Origin: Octopus sinensis
Lineage: Eukaryota
DNA: 64,000 nucleotides
NCBI RefSeq assembly: GCF_006345805.1
Contig: NC_043002.1
Span: 34,348,001 to 34,412,000, forward strand
Reading direction: 5' to 3'
Within the stretch, counting starts at the first letter, position 1. Each line of letters opens with the position of its first letter. The notes beneath the pieces are model-generated. The model was not told where the DNA came from, did no database searches, and was given only the letters and a program-made list of their open reading frames with translations. The position numbers and the translations under genes were made by a program. Positions 37,581 to 51,370 of the stretch are shown one piece after another.

Positions 37581-38023
37581 CTTTAGACTGTCATTAATTC
37601 GTACCTATACATGTTAAATAAAATTATGTTTTGTCCTTTTCTTCGCTTAATGTTCATCCAATAAGCAGTATACTGAGTACATGATACCGTATGACAGTTT
37701 AAGAATTTTAAATGGATTAATAAGAATCAAGCACTGCTAAAGAAGTGTATTAATTTAAATCTGTTAAATACAATTTAGCACTTGGATTTTCATATTTAAT
37801 TATATATTTTTAACGTATATATTTAGAAAGTCTCCAGAAATCCGGGACACTTCCGCTCCCAAGCTCACCGGAAAATTTATCTGGTATTGTATAATAGAAA
37901 ACCGTCATAATAACTACCCGTTTTGTCATCTTGAACAATTTTCCTTCGTGTATCTCATTTAACCTTAACATTACTCTGCGTAAATGTGTGTGTGTGTGTT
38001 GTGTGTGTGTGTGTGTGTGTGTA

Positions 38024-38079
<56 letters not shown>

Positions 38080-38390
38080 AGCGTGTGCGCTTGCACACAT
38101 GTGTCTGTATTCTAAACCCCAATTTTGTAACTGGCAACACTATTATTTCTTCTAAAGCGTAAATAATCTGCCTTTTTGCAAGCATTTAGAGTTGCAATTT
38201 AACTGCATATCTGGCATGATTAAATAATTAAACAGACCTATGATGAAAGCCATTCAGCCGTGACTACCTGCATGTTTGTATATCAGGGACTACATTCCTA
38301 CACCCTATCCTTTCGTGTTCATCAGATTTGCTTTATTGAAGTAATTACATCAAAGAAGCGGAAATCTGCTCATATAAATGCATATAAATA

Positions 38391-38443
<53 letters not shown>

Positions 38444-38476
38444 ATTATGAGATAGACGGAAGATGGAAGATATATC

Positions 38477-38713
38477 TACAGGGTTGGCCAAAAGTCACCT
38501 GACAGTAAATCAAAGTCATTTAATTCCAAGATTTATTAATGTTTAATAACTGAATAAATTTAATAAAAGCATCTAAATATGAAGCATCATGAAATTTGTT
38601 CAAACTGAAATCCTTCTTCAGCCACACAGTTTTCCATTCGAGTCAATACAGAATTGCAGATAGTATTTAGGGAATTTTGATTTACTGTTGGGTGACCACT
38701 GGCCAACCTTGTA
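38477..38713. mobile_element. Tc1/mariner-type MITE, TA target
   Basis: tacagggttggccaaaagtcacctgacagtaaatcaaa versus tttgatttactgttgggtgaccactggccaaccttgta. Confidence 0.8.
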
Positions 38714-38829
38714 TATATGTGTGTGTGTGTGTGTATACGTATGTATATGTGTATATATACGTATGTAAATATTGATAAAAAAACAGTTCACGTTCTCTCA
38801 AAAGTTTACATATTCTTAGGACAGTATAA

Positions 38830-38873
<44 letters not shown>

Positions 38874-39759
38874 TCATATGTACATGTGCGTGTATGTATG
38901 TCATTATTCAGTTTTATTTCGAGATTTCTAGCCAAGAGAGACAGAGTCAGTTTCTAACCTAGTTCCAAGACTCCTCCAATGGAATTTCAACATCAATAAG
39001 AAGGTATTTTTGTATGTAAGTATGCATGCATGTATGTATGTATGTGCTGTGCTTTCGGTAATGATTTTTGATACCCTTGTAATGATGGGCAAACAGAAAC
39101 ACTTTCTAAGCCCTTCCATACACCATAAACCGAATATTCGTGATGTGACACCTAGAGAGGAATAGAACTGTACCAGAACATGAGGACATGTTGTGTGGTG
39201 ATGCAGTGTGATACTGAAAATATGCCTGGTGGTGAGGACATATGTGACGAGTGAGGATATGAGTGGTGATGTAGTGTAGCAGCATAAACACGCTGTGTTA
39301 TGCTATAGTATGGTACAGTGTGGTATAGTGTGGTAGGAAAGTAAATTATTAAGGTGAAAATATGATGATGGACTCGCCCGTCGAAGACGACGTATGAACG
39401 CTCAGGTTTTGCCGAACGACCTGCACTAATGGTTTGTTCATAGTGATCAAACGTTGGTGCCACACATAAGCTTACTCTCCTCATCAAATCGGTGTTATCT
39501 GAACAGATGCTTTGTGTATCACGAGTCGGGGTCGGGTGTCGAAGTCAATGCAGAGTAGCGTGAGATGAATTTTTTTTGCTCCAGAACATAACGCACCACC
39601 CGGACTAGGAATTGAAACCACGATCACGAGATCGTAAGTATAACACCCTAACCACGAGACCATGTGCCCTCATGATGAAAATACATACATACATACATAC
39701 ATGCATACATACATACATACATACATACATACACACATACATACATACATACATACATT

Positions 39760-39819
<60 letters not shown>

Positions 39820-40443
39820 AATAATTTATTTATGATTTGGTTTATGTCCATCATTGTTTGAATTGCATAATAGTGGTTTTTCTCTAATTTATATATATTT
39901 TATATATTTATATTGTGAAATTTGATTTAATACTAAGTTTTTCCCTATAAGTTTGGAGTTATACTCCCTATTATTATTACTGTTATATACATACATACAT
40001 ACATACATATATATATATTATGCGATAGTGATATAGTGTGGGAGTATAGATTTGTGTACTTTTCCGTCTGCAGTGTTCAATATATGATCGATGACTGTGA
40101 AGATGATCAGAGCAATTATATCTTTGTGGTTCCGTTGAGTCTGATGTTGGGTGTTACAAAAGGACTGAATTTATTAGACTTGGTATATGATGGCTACTTT
40201 GGTGTATGCATGTGTGTGTATATTTATGTGTGTGGGGGGAATGGTGTTGATGGGTGTTTTACACAGTGATTGAGTTGTTGTTTGAAGTGTTGACGGAAAG
40301 TTTCCAGGTGAAAATATAATTGTAGTGGCTGAATTTTGAAAATTTAGTCATTGATCCATAGGAATATACGCACGTGAACACATGCGTGAGTGAGAGTGAA
40401 TGAGTGAGTGAGTGAGCGAGTGAGTGAGTGAGCGAGTGTGCGA

Positions 40444-40507
<64 letters not shown>

Positions 40508-40633
40508 ATGTACATATGTAGTCGAACTGTTATTTTAAGTACTATTTTTTACTTTCACATGTTCACTCATGTAATATGTATGTATGTATGTATATGCAAG
40601 TAGACAGACAGACAACCAGACAGACAGACAGAA

Positions 40634-40781
<148 letters not shown>

Positions 40782-40789
40782 CGCGACTA

Positions 40790-41720
40790 ACCTAAGTCCC
40801 GAATATTTCTAAGATGTTACTCCCGAGATAACCACAGAGAGGTGAAGATTTTACAACTGCCTAATGAAAACTCATTAATATATATTAATATATTCCTGCT
40901 ATTCACTCACAGTTTTCAAACACTTTATTAATATCATTAGAATCTCCTGCCTCTAGTCCAATAAAGAAATTTTTGATAAAACGCCCTCTTAATCCAATAA
41001 AATATTAGATTGTGGTGGACTTAATGATAAAAGTACAATATATCTCTCATCTTGTTCATACTTCCTTCTTCAAACATTAAATTTAATCTAGTTAAAAACT
41101 TACTTTTAAAAGGTAAGCTTTTTCACTAGTAAAAAAAAACTATTTAACAGAAGCCACCTTAATCATAGTTATAACCATATTTCGACATGGTAAACGTTAT
41201 AACATATTAACCAACACAATTAAATACACTTTCAGAATCACAAACACATTCTTCCTGAATCAATTTGCAACGCTGAGGAGATCGTTCGTGAAGCAAAAAT
41301 CATCTTCATCAAAACAAATCTTAATATCGGGTGTAAACATTATGTCGGTATGGTGGAAGGTAGGTTTAAACAACGATACTTCAACCATACTACTTTCTCT
41401 CGAAATGCAGAAAAGATATATACAGCGAAACTCTTCAATTATAACCTGGAGTTTGAAAGAACACGCTGCTGATTTTAACATAATCTGGAAAATCTTGGAG
41501 AGGTACAGACCATACAAAATTGCGAGTTATATACGGCCAAAAAAAGCTGATACTGTAACATAAAAATTTAATGATTATGCATACTATCTAAATCTTGCAT
41601 AAGAAATATTTACTAAATACTGTCACTTCGAAAAATAACTGCCGAAAAACCGGAGAGTCGGTTGGTACTTAACTTTTTGCCCAAAACAATAATACAGCCT
41701 CTATATAACCCACATTATTC
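40790..41720 (+). mobile_element. Penelope-like element relic with a GIY-YIG endonuclease remnant
   Basis: 41340-41520 reads YVGMVEGRFKQRYFNH...NY/WSLKEH..FNIIWKILERYRPY, the Penelope GIY-YIG pattern. Confidence 0.65.
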
Positions 41721-42403
41721 TTATCTCACTAGTAGCCACTCCTGATCTCATTATATTTTGCAACAATATATTCTTTGACATTTCCAATTATTTATATTTC
41801 CATATAGCAGAAACTATACCAGTCTTCATTTCTCTTGCAACTTTAACCCATAATAGCCATTCGTGATCTCACTGTACACAGTAATGTACACTTAATTTTC
41901 TATAAATATCTTATTCCCCGCTTTTATTTTTGTCCCTTCAGTTATATTTTATATATTTTTTTATGTTGTTTACATTATAAAGGGTTTTTTAATTCAATAT
42001 TTACATGCTATTGCTTACAGTTTATGTGTATGCTTTGATCTATATACTATCCCAAAAATAATTTTTTCACGTTCTCTCGAAAGTTTATAAGAATCTTATG
42101 ACGTTCTATATTCATAACTCTAGGAAAGAACTCACCTCTAACAATATCAATATGCGTTATCTCCTTGCTATTCTTTTAACCCAAGAAACAGTACTGGAAA
42201 CTTTACATACTACCAACATAAATATCATCGATATTTTAATAACTAGGTGTTAGCCGAGTGTGAATCTGGAAGTTGCGATGAATTATCTCTGACAGACTTC
42301 ATTACATATATATTTCACTCTACTATTGCACTGGGTATTCTGTTTCTGTTTGTGTTAACATAAATTATTCATGTGTGTGTGTGTACGTGCTTGTGTGTAC
42401 GTG

Positions 42404-42444
<41 letters not shown>

Positions 42445-42977
42445 ATGTGTGTGTGTGTGTTGTGTGTGTGTGTGTGTATGTGTGGTGTGTGTGTGTGAGT
42501 AATAATAAAATCCAAGAATCCAAGTGTTTGTAAGATTCGAGCAGTCTGTGGTAGGTATTAAAAAAATAATGTTTAAGACCCATAATAAATTATTGGTTGG
42601 CGTTTTAGACTTTTCCCATATCGAAGTTCGATAATCTGTAAAAAACTTTTTATAGCGCACGGTTAGCAACTTCAGTCGCTATGAATGTGAATAAAAATCC
42701 AAATTGAAGGAGTGGAATAGATAAAATTCAGGCTACACATGTTTCCTATCTAGCAGGTCTTCTGATGTAATAATTATTCAACGAGGGTACTCTGCTAGCT
42801 ATTCATCAGGCCGAAGATAAGAAACCCCAAATTAACTCGCCGAAGATATGTATGTATATGTATGTATGTATGTATGTATAATGTATGTATGTATGTATGT
42901 ATGTATGCATGTATGTATGTGTAGACAGACAGACAGACAGGCAGGCCGACAGACAGACAGACAGACAGACAGACGAC

Positions 42978-43048
<71 letters not shown>

Positions 43049-43065
43049 CAGATAGATAGATAGAC

Positions 43066-43160
<95 letters not shown>

Positions 43161-43871
43161 AACTGGTATGGGTATAAGTGTGAAGATATTGTTGTTAAAT
43201 CAGATGTTTTTTTCCTCAGTGGAAAAGATCTATCAAACTAATTTAAGCGTCTTCTACCGTTTTATCAGAGGACAATTACTCCTCTTTTTTTTTTCATTTT
43301 TCTGGGGTTTTTTTTTTTTTTGTTAACATTGAGAGAATGATAAGTTATTGCTATTGCAAACACAAACCCGAACTGATCTAAATTGGTCTACTGCAATTTG
43401 TTAAACAGTCCAGTGTTAGCATTATGCATTATCTAATTAACAGAAGCACTACAGAGCACTTCATTTTATTAAAGAAATGTAATGTAGACCTACATGTGTG
43501 TTATAAATAAATGAGCACATTTTGAGCCTCCTTATGGAAAATAAGTACTGTGATTAGATCACAGATGTTTATACCGTGTGAACAGATACTATAATGTGAA
43601 CTAGAGCTGACCAATAGAGTCTAACCGAGTTTGTATACAAAACAGATAACTGTATAATACTTTTGTCTGCATGTCAGGCAAATGAGTAACTGAAACTAGT
43701 CATCAAATTCGTTTCTGATTACAAAGAAAAACATTCAGCTTGACTAGCGTATCTAATTTTGATAGCGAGGCTTGAAATTTGTGTTTATTAATAATACACA
43801 ACCGGAAAACCTTAATGTTACTTTACATCTGTTTCCCCACCCTAACATACTACTCTGAGATGCCTCAGTTA

Positions 43872-43960
<89 letters not shown>

Positions 43961-43986
43961 CAGACGCACACACGTTCTTTTGCTGG

Positions 43987-44071
<85 letters not shown>

Positions 44072-44396
44072 GCCTACATCTGACACTTTCTTTCTCTCTC
44101 TCTCTCTCTCTATCATTCTGTCTATCTTTGTATATATGCATATGTGTATGTGTGTATTTATGTACGTACATACGTACGTATATATGTATGAATGTATGTA
44201 AATATGTATGCATGTATGTATGTGCGTACGCATGTACATACATATTGTTTATCACTTCCGGTAACAAGTGAATCAATAAAAGGACGGTCAAGATGACTAC
44301 AATGTATGTTAAAGGTGGTGCCTGCTGTTTGTGTTATCCTTTTGACAACAGATCATTAAACTGATCTCTGTTGATAAGAACACAATGATGATGATA

Positions 44397-44490
<94 letters not shown>

Positions 44491-45047
44491 GATGCCCTGA
44501 TGCAGTACCGGGCAGTGGCTCTCATGGCTTCTGATCTTAACTGATTGGAAGTGTTATCATGTACATTGTTTTGTCTTGGTATAAAAGATTGGCTACAGCA
44601 AATATTCTGCTCAATACCACAGATTTGCTTGTCAGTTGTTTGACCTTAACCAGTTGAGCATGTCCCTTAGTGGCTGACGATATGTGCATCTCTGATCACG
44701 AGCAGAAGTAGTGGGGGAGCATCATAGCCATGTGTTGGGAGGGATTCTTTGGGGTTTGAATAATTCACCTCTGGAAACATGGGTGGTTCTTTCAACATCC
44801 TTAAACAACCCTTATTCAGGGACCTTTTGAGCGGGATAGGCTACTCAACCTGAAGAAATTTCTAACTGGACCCCACCTGCAAGGTCATGTGCTGTTTATC
44901 TTGATATGAGATCACCATGTCGCGCACAAATGGTTGTGATGCATGTGCCTGGTGTACCCTTATCAGACGGGTAGTCATGATGGGTATATTGGGCTTCGTA
45001 TATTTTACCCCAGTGTCACTTTGATGGCATGAACTGCTCTTTCACTC
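44491..45047 (+). mobile_element. ~557-bp non-coding retroelement flanked by (TAA)n, copy 1
   Basis: Highly similar to 45558-46095; bounded on both sides by aat repeats. Orientation inferred from the (AAT)n tail. Confidence 0.75.
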
Positions 45048-45136
45048 AATAATAATAATAATAACAATAATAATAATAGACAATACCTTTGTGAGGAGTT
45101 ACGCCAATTCTTTTTAAAATATAATAATAATAATGT

Positions 45137-45340
45137 ATGATAATCGACATAGCATGCCCCGGTGACAACAGGATCAATGTGAAAGAAGAAAAAATAAATA
45201 AATATGACGATTTAAAGTAGGAAATACGAAGGCTGTGGTCAATGAAGAGAGCAGACGTGATAACAATAGTAAATTGGTGCACTTGGAAGTATCAGCACTC
45301 AACTACCAACATGGCTGAAAAAGATCGGCATTGCTTGAAA
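45137..45340 (+). mobile_element. Restriction-like endonuclease C-terminus of an R4/Dong-type non-LTR element
   Basis: IIDIACPGDNRINVKEEKINKYDDLK*EIRRLWSMKRADVITIV/IGALGSISTQLPTWL. Confidence 0.8.
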
Positions 45341-45478
45341 CTGCAAGAATTCTTCGCAGGGTTCTTGAAGCATAACCAGCAAAACAAGCAAAACATGATA
45401 CCCAGTAATATGAGCTGTGTTTTAATACAATACTACTACTACTACTACTATAATAATAATAATAATAATATAATAATA

Positions 45479-46095
45479 GCAGTACCATGCCCTGATGCAG
45501 TACGATGCCCTGATGCAGTACCATGCCCTGATGCAGTACCATGCCCTGATGCAGTACCATGCCCTGATGCAGTACCAGGCAATGGCTCTCATGGCTTCTG
45601 ATCTTAGCTGATTGGAAGTGTTATCATGTACATTGTTTTGTCTTGGTATAAAAGATGGGCTACAGCAAATATTCTGCTCAATACCATAGATTTGCTTGTC
45701 AGTTGTTTGACCTTAACCAGTTGAGCATGTCCCTTAGTGGCTGACGATATGTGCATCTCTGATCACGAGCAGAGTAGTAGTGGGGGAGCATCATAGCCAT
45801 GTGTTGAGAGGGATTCTTTGGGGTTTGAATAATTCACCTCTGGAAACATGGGTGGTTCTTTCAACATCCTTAAACAACCCTTATTCAGGGACCTTTTGAG
45901 CGGGATGGGCTACTCAACCTGAAGAAAATTCTAACTGGGCCCCACCTGCAAGGTCATGTGCTGTTTATCTTGATATGAGATCACCACGTCGCGCACATAT
46001 GGTTGTGATGCATGTGCCTGGTGTACCCTTATCAGACGGGTAGTCATGATGGGTATATTGGGCTTCGTATATTTTATTCCAGTGTCAGATGGTAC
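45479..46095 (+). mobile_element. ~557-bp retroelement, copy 2, preceded by a tandem 18-mer array of its own terminus
   Basis: (c/g)atgccctgatgcagtac x5 at 45486-45575; the body matches copy 1. Confidence 0.8.
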
Positions 46096-46608
46096 CTCTC
46101 TAAGTGTAGACCTGCGAGTTAGAGAATAGGAAATGGAGAGGGCACTTGCTCTTGATGTTCAGGGAAATCTCGAACAGTGGGGTTCCTCGATTATCCCTAG
46201 AGGTCATCCTGTATCAGGAGGGCTACGTCCCTATCATCCTGCACCCTGCTTTTTTTTTTTTCCTTTCTATATTATGTATATGTCCTTCCGTTTTCATTGT
46301 ATACCATATATACTTACTTAAAAGAAATTTTTTAAATAATTATAAGTATTTAAACAAATTCTTGTCTGGGAATCGAACATACGATCTAGCGATCGTGAGT
46401 ACAACACCCTAATCCTTACGCCACACGCCTTCACCTAGAATAAGTACCACACTTTAAAAAAAATGTAGTACTGGGGTCGATTTGTTCTTCTAGACAAGGG
46501 TTTCTCAACCATTTCTTCCCTATGGATCTTTTTGATTCCTATTTTACTTGGATGGATTCTCATAGCCATTCGATGTTTAAAAAGTCCTGTTACATTTTTA
46601 TAATTAAA

Positions 46609-46910
46609 CTAGCAGTATCGCCCGGCGTTGCTCGGGTTTGTAAGGGAAATAACTATATAAGCATTTTTAGAGAGTTACTTCCCTTATATAATAGCAAAAA
46701 AATGCAATAAAAATGGGAAAAATTGATGGTAAATTATTTTTTAAATCGTAGACTCATCGAAGACGCGCGCTAATACCCAGAAGGGCTCGATATGAATCAC
46801 GACTATAAGATATCCGGTTTTGGTTAAACTGCACCGCAAAATGTGGGAGTAGTTAGGAATCTAAATCGTAGGAGACAGACAGCACACAACCTCACTTTTA
46901 TATATAAAGA
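46609..46910 (-). mobile_element. Single non-autonomous Helitron nested in a hAT-type MITE (about 46495-47062)
   Basis: Minus strand A|TC...CTAG|T with no TSD; same family as 33277-34890. Host ends caagggtttctcaacc and gttgagaacc. Confidence 0.85.
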
Positions 46911-47725
46911 TATTATTTGGAATTGTATAAAAAAATCATTAAAATATTTTGTGTAATGTAGGAGTATTAACAGTTTATTGGGCATAAATTTTAACAGCAT
47001 AATCTTATATGGACCCCCGAAGGTCATATAGATCTCTGTTGAGAACCTCGAACCACTGATCTAGACACTTCAAAGCGGTGCCCCAGCATTGCCGAAGTCC
47101 AATGGCTTAAACAAGTAAAAGCAAGACTTTACTGCTATTTCTAATTGTTAAAGAGACCACGTAGAGACTTCATTGTTAACTCGTGTTCTTGTTTTCATTT
47201 TTATTTGTTCGTTAGCCCTAGGTTAGCCTTACTCGAGCAGGCATATGATCAAAGGCGTTCCAGCTGCGACCATTGCGTCGTTTTCTATATGAAATATTTC
47301 AATGTCCAATGCGTTCTAAGACAGTAAAGTAGGATTTGAAGGAGATTTTACAACTTTCTCCAGCAGGCTAAACAACTCTGATCCAGCATTGACTACAACT
47401 ACTACTACTACTACTTATAGCACTAGTATAACTATTACAACTTCAACTACTACAACTATCACTATTACAACTACTACTAGCACTTCTACAACTATTACAA
47501 CTTCTACAGCAACAGTTACTACTACCACCACTAATACTACTAATACTGCCAGTAATACTAAAAGCCAACGAGTAAGCCTCCACATGGTCACTCGAACGGC
47601 TAGAAATAACTGCCACATACTCCTCAAATCACAATCCTACTGTTTTAGGAAGGACACGTTGATTGGAAACTGTGTCCCAGCAAATTTGAAAGTGACGAGA
47701 TGGTCATGGATCGAAAGCAGACCTT

Positions 47726-47809
<84 letters not shown>

Positions 47810-48004
47810 ACGCCTAGGGTTGTGCAAATAAACATGATGGTCATGTCGGGTACGTATTTGATCCTAGAGTATGTCAACTAACTTGTACCTAAATAACAAC
47901 ATGCAAACGTTTAAGCCAACTGTCAGACACCACGCAGCAGTATAACCGGTGTGTGTGTGTGTGTGTAAATATATATGTATATAGTATATAATATATGTGT
48001 GTGT

Positions 48005-48037
<33 letters not shown>

Positions 48038-48937
48038 TAATATATATATATACACACACACACACACTCAACAGACGAGGCCTGATATTCTCAGTTTAAA
48101 CAGTAAAACAGTAGCGCTCAAAGGATTCGAACTAGACTCCGATGACTTAACGGGAGACTAATTCCGCAGAGTAAAGAGTGGCTATAAAGGGATTCAAGGC
48201 GAGCAGATATATAATTGTCTTTGTATACACAAACATACACTTTGTAAACGTACACACACACACAACTTTTAATGTGATTTTAGAGTCAAGTTTTGGCTGT
48301 TATTTCAAGCGTGGTGCTATCTCTCAAATACCCTAAATTATAATTATAATAATAATTATTACCTTTGAAAGGTTTTTATTCTCATACTGGCCACTTGATA
48401 AGTTCGATATTTAAAGGTCGATCTAACCCATATTTTATATAAATTCACACACACATATATATAGATACACATGTATTTGTATATGTATATATATGTTTGT
48501 ATATATATGCATATGTATATATATATATATATATAGATATGCATATATATATATATATATAATATATATATATGTGTGGTGTGGTGTGTGTGTGTATATT
48601 ATATGTGTGTAATGTTATACATATATATGTATATGTATGTGCACACATACATATATAAATAAATAAATAAATATATATATATATATATAATAACAATATA
48701 ATAAATAATAAAATATATGCATATATACATACATATATGTCCATACTTACATCTAATGTATAATCAAGCATATATGAGTACAGGACACCACAAATAAACG
48801 TAGAACACAACGAGAAACGAAAACAAAATCAAACAAGGAAACGGACTTTTTTTAACAATGAAAAAGAGTACAGGACAAACAATACAAGGAAAATTCCCTT
48901 CATCAGCTGTCCCTAGTTCGGCTCAATGCGTATATAT

Positions 48938-49031
<94 letters not shown>

Positions 49032-49242
49032 TGGTTAAGAAGCTCGCTTTGCAACCACGTGGTTCCAAATTCAGTCCCCAACGCGGTACCTTGGCCTGAC
49101 TAATGCTATGCGAGTGAATTCAGTGAGCGGAAACTGTACAGAAGCCTGTCGTGTATATATGTGCGTGTGTGCGCGCTTCTGTGTCTGTGCGTGTGTATGT
49201 TTGTGTACGTGTGTGTATATAACACAACTTCTTTCATATTTC

Positions 49243-49347
<105 letters not shown>

Positions 49348-49375
49348 CATTCAATGAATATCTATATTCTCTTAC

Positions 49376-49715
49376 CTTAAAACCTTAAAACAACGATGAA
49401 GGCCTCCACATCCATTTCAGTTCGCAACTTTTCTACACAGGCGAAACTAAATATGACGTACATAAGCGACAGAAGGAAACTAACGCCAGTCTGTTGTGTG
49501 GTGTTGGTGGCGGAAGTGTAACTGTGTGGTGGTGCTGGTGGTGATGATAGGACTGAGTGCTTTTGGTGATGGCGACGGTGTCGGTGGTATGTAGGTAGGG
49601 GTGGGGTGGTGTGGTGTGGGTTCGCTGTGCTTGATGTGTGGTGGGTGTGATGGTGTATGGTGTTGCGTGACTGTGTCTGGTCTTCTATGTATGTATATGG
49701 TGACGAGTGGATAGT

Positions 49716-49757
<42 letters not shown>

Positions 49758-49923
49758 GGGAGGTGGTGGTGCTGGTGGTGCTGGCGGCGGCGGCGGCAGC
49801 GGCAGTGGCAGCGGTCGAGGTGGTGATGACATAGCCCCAGGGCAGCCGTGCTCGACTTTTCCTATTACGGGCCAAATCATGCGGTGTGGATGACAGATCC
49901 CTTTCCCCGGTTATAGGTATATA
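49376..49923 (-). promoter_or_regulatory. Candidate core promoter and non-coding first exon (possibly of the PERCC1-like gene)
   Basis: TATATA at 49923-49918, TCATCC Inr-like site about 32 nt downstream, GC-rich (GCC)n/(CCA)n/(CTA)n leader, strong donor AAG|GTAAGA at 49376/49375. Confidence 0.3.
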
Positions 49924-50880
49924 TTTTTTTTCTCTAAGAACCACATTAAACGCTGCTCATTGCGATATTCCATAGCGGATTGCATGTGGTACAGTCTAAC
50001 AGCTTCGATATGTTGACTGGCATTTGTCAGGATGGGTTTACCATAATTGGTTGTGTACAATTGCTTTTGCTTGTTGGTTGGCCAAAAGTGATGCCTCCGC
50101 GAGTCGTGAATGTGGTGGGGAGTTCGCAAACGCATTATAATTCATCTGCGTTCATTTGGGCATATGCACACACACACACACACACAACACACACACACAA
50201 CACACACACACACACATACACACACACACACATACACACACACACTCACACACACACATGCACAGAAACGCTTACACTCACCCACATACGTACATTCACA
50301 CATAAACATAAATGCATACACACACGTACACATACACTCACACACAGACACACACACACACACACATATATTTATATATATATATATATGCATGCATATG
50401 TATGGAAGTATCTATTTGTGTGTGTGTGTGTGTGTGTGTGTGTGAGTGGGTGGGTGTGTGTGTGTGTACTAAAGTTTGTCTTTGCATTTAATGTAGGAGG
50501 CATCAAAAAAGTCGAACTGGAAGTAATTGTTGCGGTCGGGAAATTAAAAAAAAAATTAAGTCATTGATTTAATTATTTCGGAAAGTACGGGAGACAACTC
50601 CAGACGTGTTCAGGTCATATATGTCCTCATCACTAAGCTGTACGTTCCATAGTGTCACTGCTTGTCGAAGTAATGATGACAGAACCACTAACTAGATTAT
50701 ACAATATTGTACATTGGTTTGTGTAGAGAGGAAGAACGACAGTACAAATTCAATTTAGAAATGTCATCTTTCTCCCTCTTTCTGTGAGTGTATGTGTGTG
50801 TGCGCACGCGTGTTACGTGTGTTGTATGTGTGTGTGTGTGTGAGTGTGTGTGTGTCTGTATATTGTACGTACGTGGTGTC

Positions 50881-50966
<86 letters not shown>

Positions 50967-51270
50967 TGTGTGTTTAATAACGCATGGCAATTGTTACAGA
51001 GAAAGACATTTAAAAACGGATCAAAATCTTGTGAATCCTAAGTCGATGAATTTCACATCGTCTGCTATGTTAATCCAACGTTAAACATTTAGACTTGCCT
51101 GCACATGGCAATTTCAAAACAGACCCTCTTGTTGTGTTCGAAGCATTAGCAGACATCTACACCGATTACAAACCTGACTAATTTTTGTTCTTTCAAACCT
51201 GTTGCGGGCAATTTTTAAAACATATGTATACACACAACAACCAAAAAAATACTTCATATCAGCAAGAGAT

Positions 51271-51370
51271 NNNNNNNNNNNNNNNNNNNNNNNNNNNNNN
51301 NNNNNNNNNNNNNNNNNNNNNNNNNNNNNNNNNNNNNNNNNNNNNNNNNNNNNNNNNNNNNNNNNNNNNN
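51271..51370. other. Assembly gap (100 N)
   Basis: Directly visible. Confidence 1.

Noticed and set aside
44491-44570. HDV-like ribozyme at the end of the TAA-embedded element
   Set aside because: ggctctcatggc resembles an L3 region, but I could not form P3 and P1 pairings by eye; needs a proper structure search.
45486-45575. CRISPR-like array
   Set aside because: Direct 18-mer repeats with no spacers, no cas genes, eukaryotic context.
49377-49880. 167-aa Pro/Leu/His-rich ORF as a real protein
   Set aside because: Mostly trinucleotide-repeat translation with no recognisable domain; at best a uORF.
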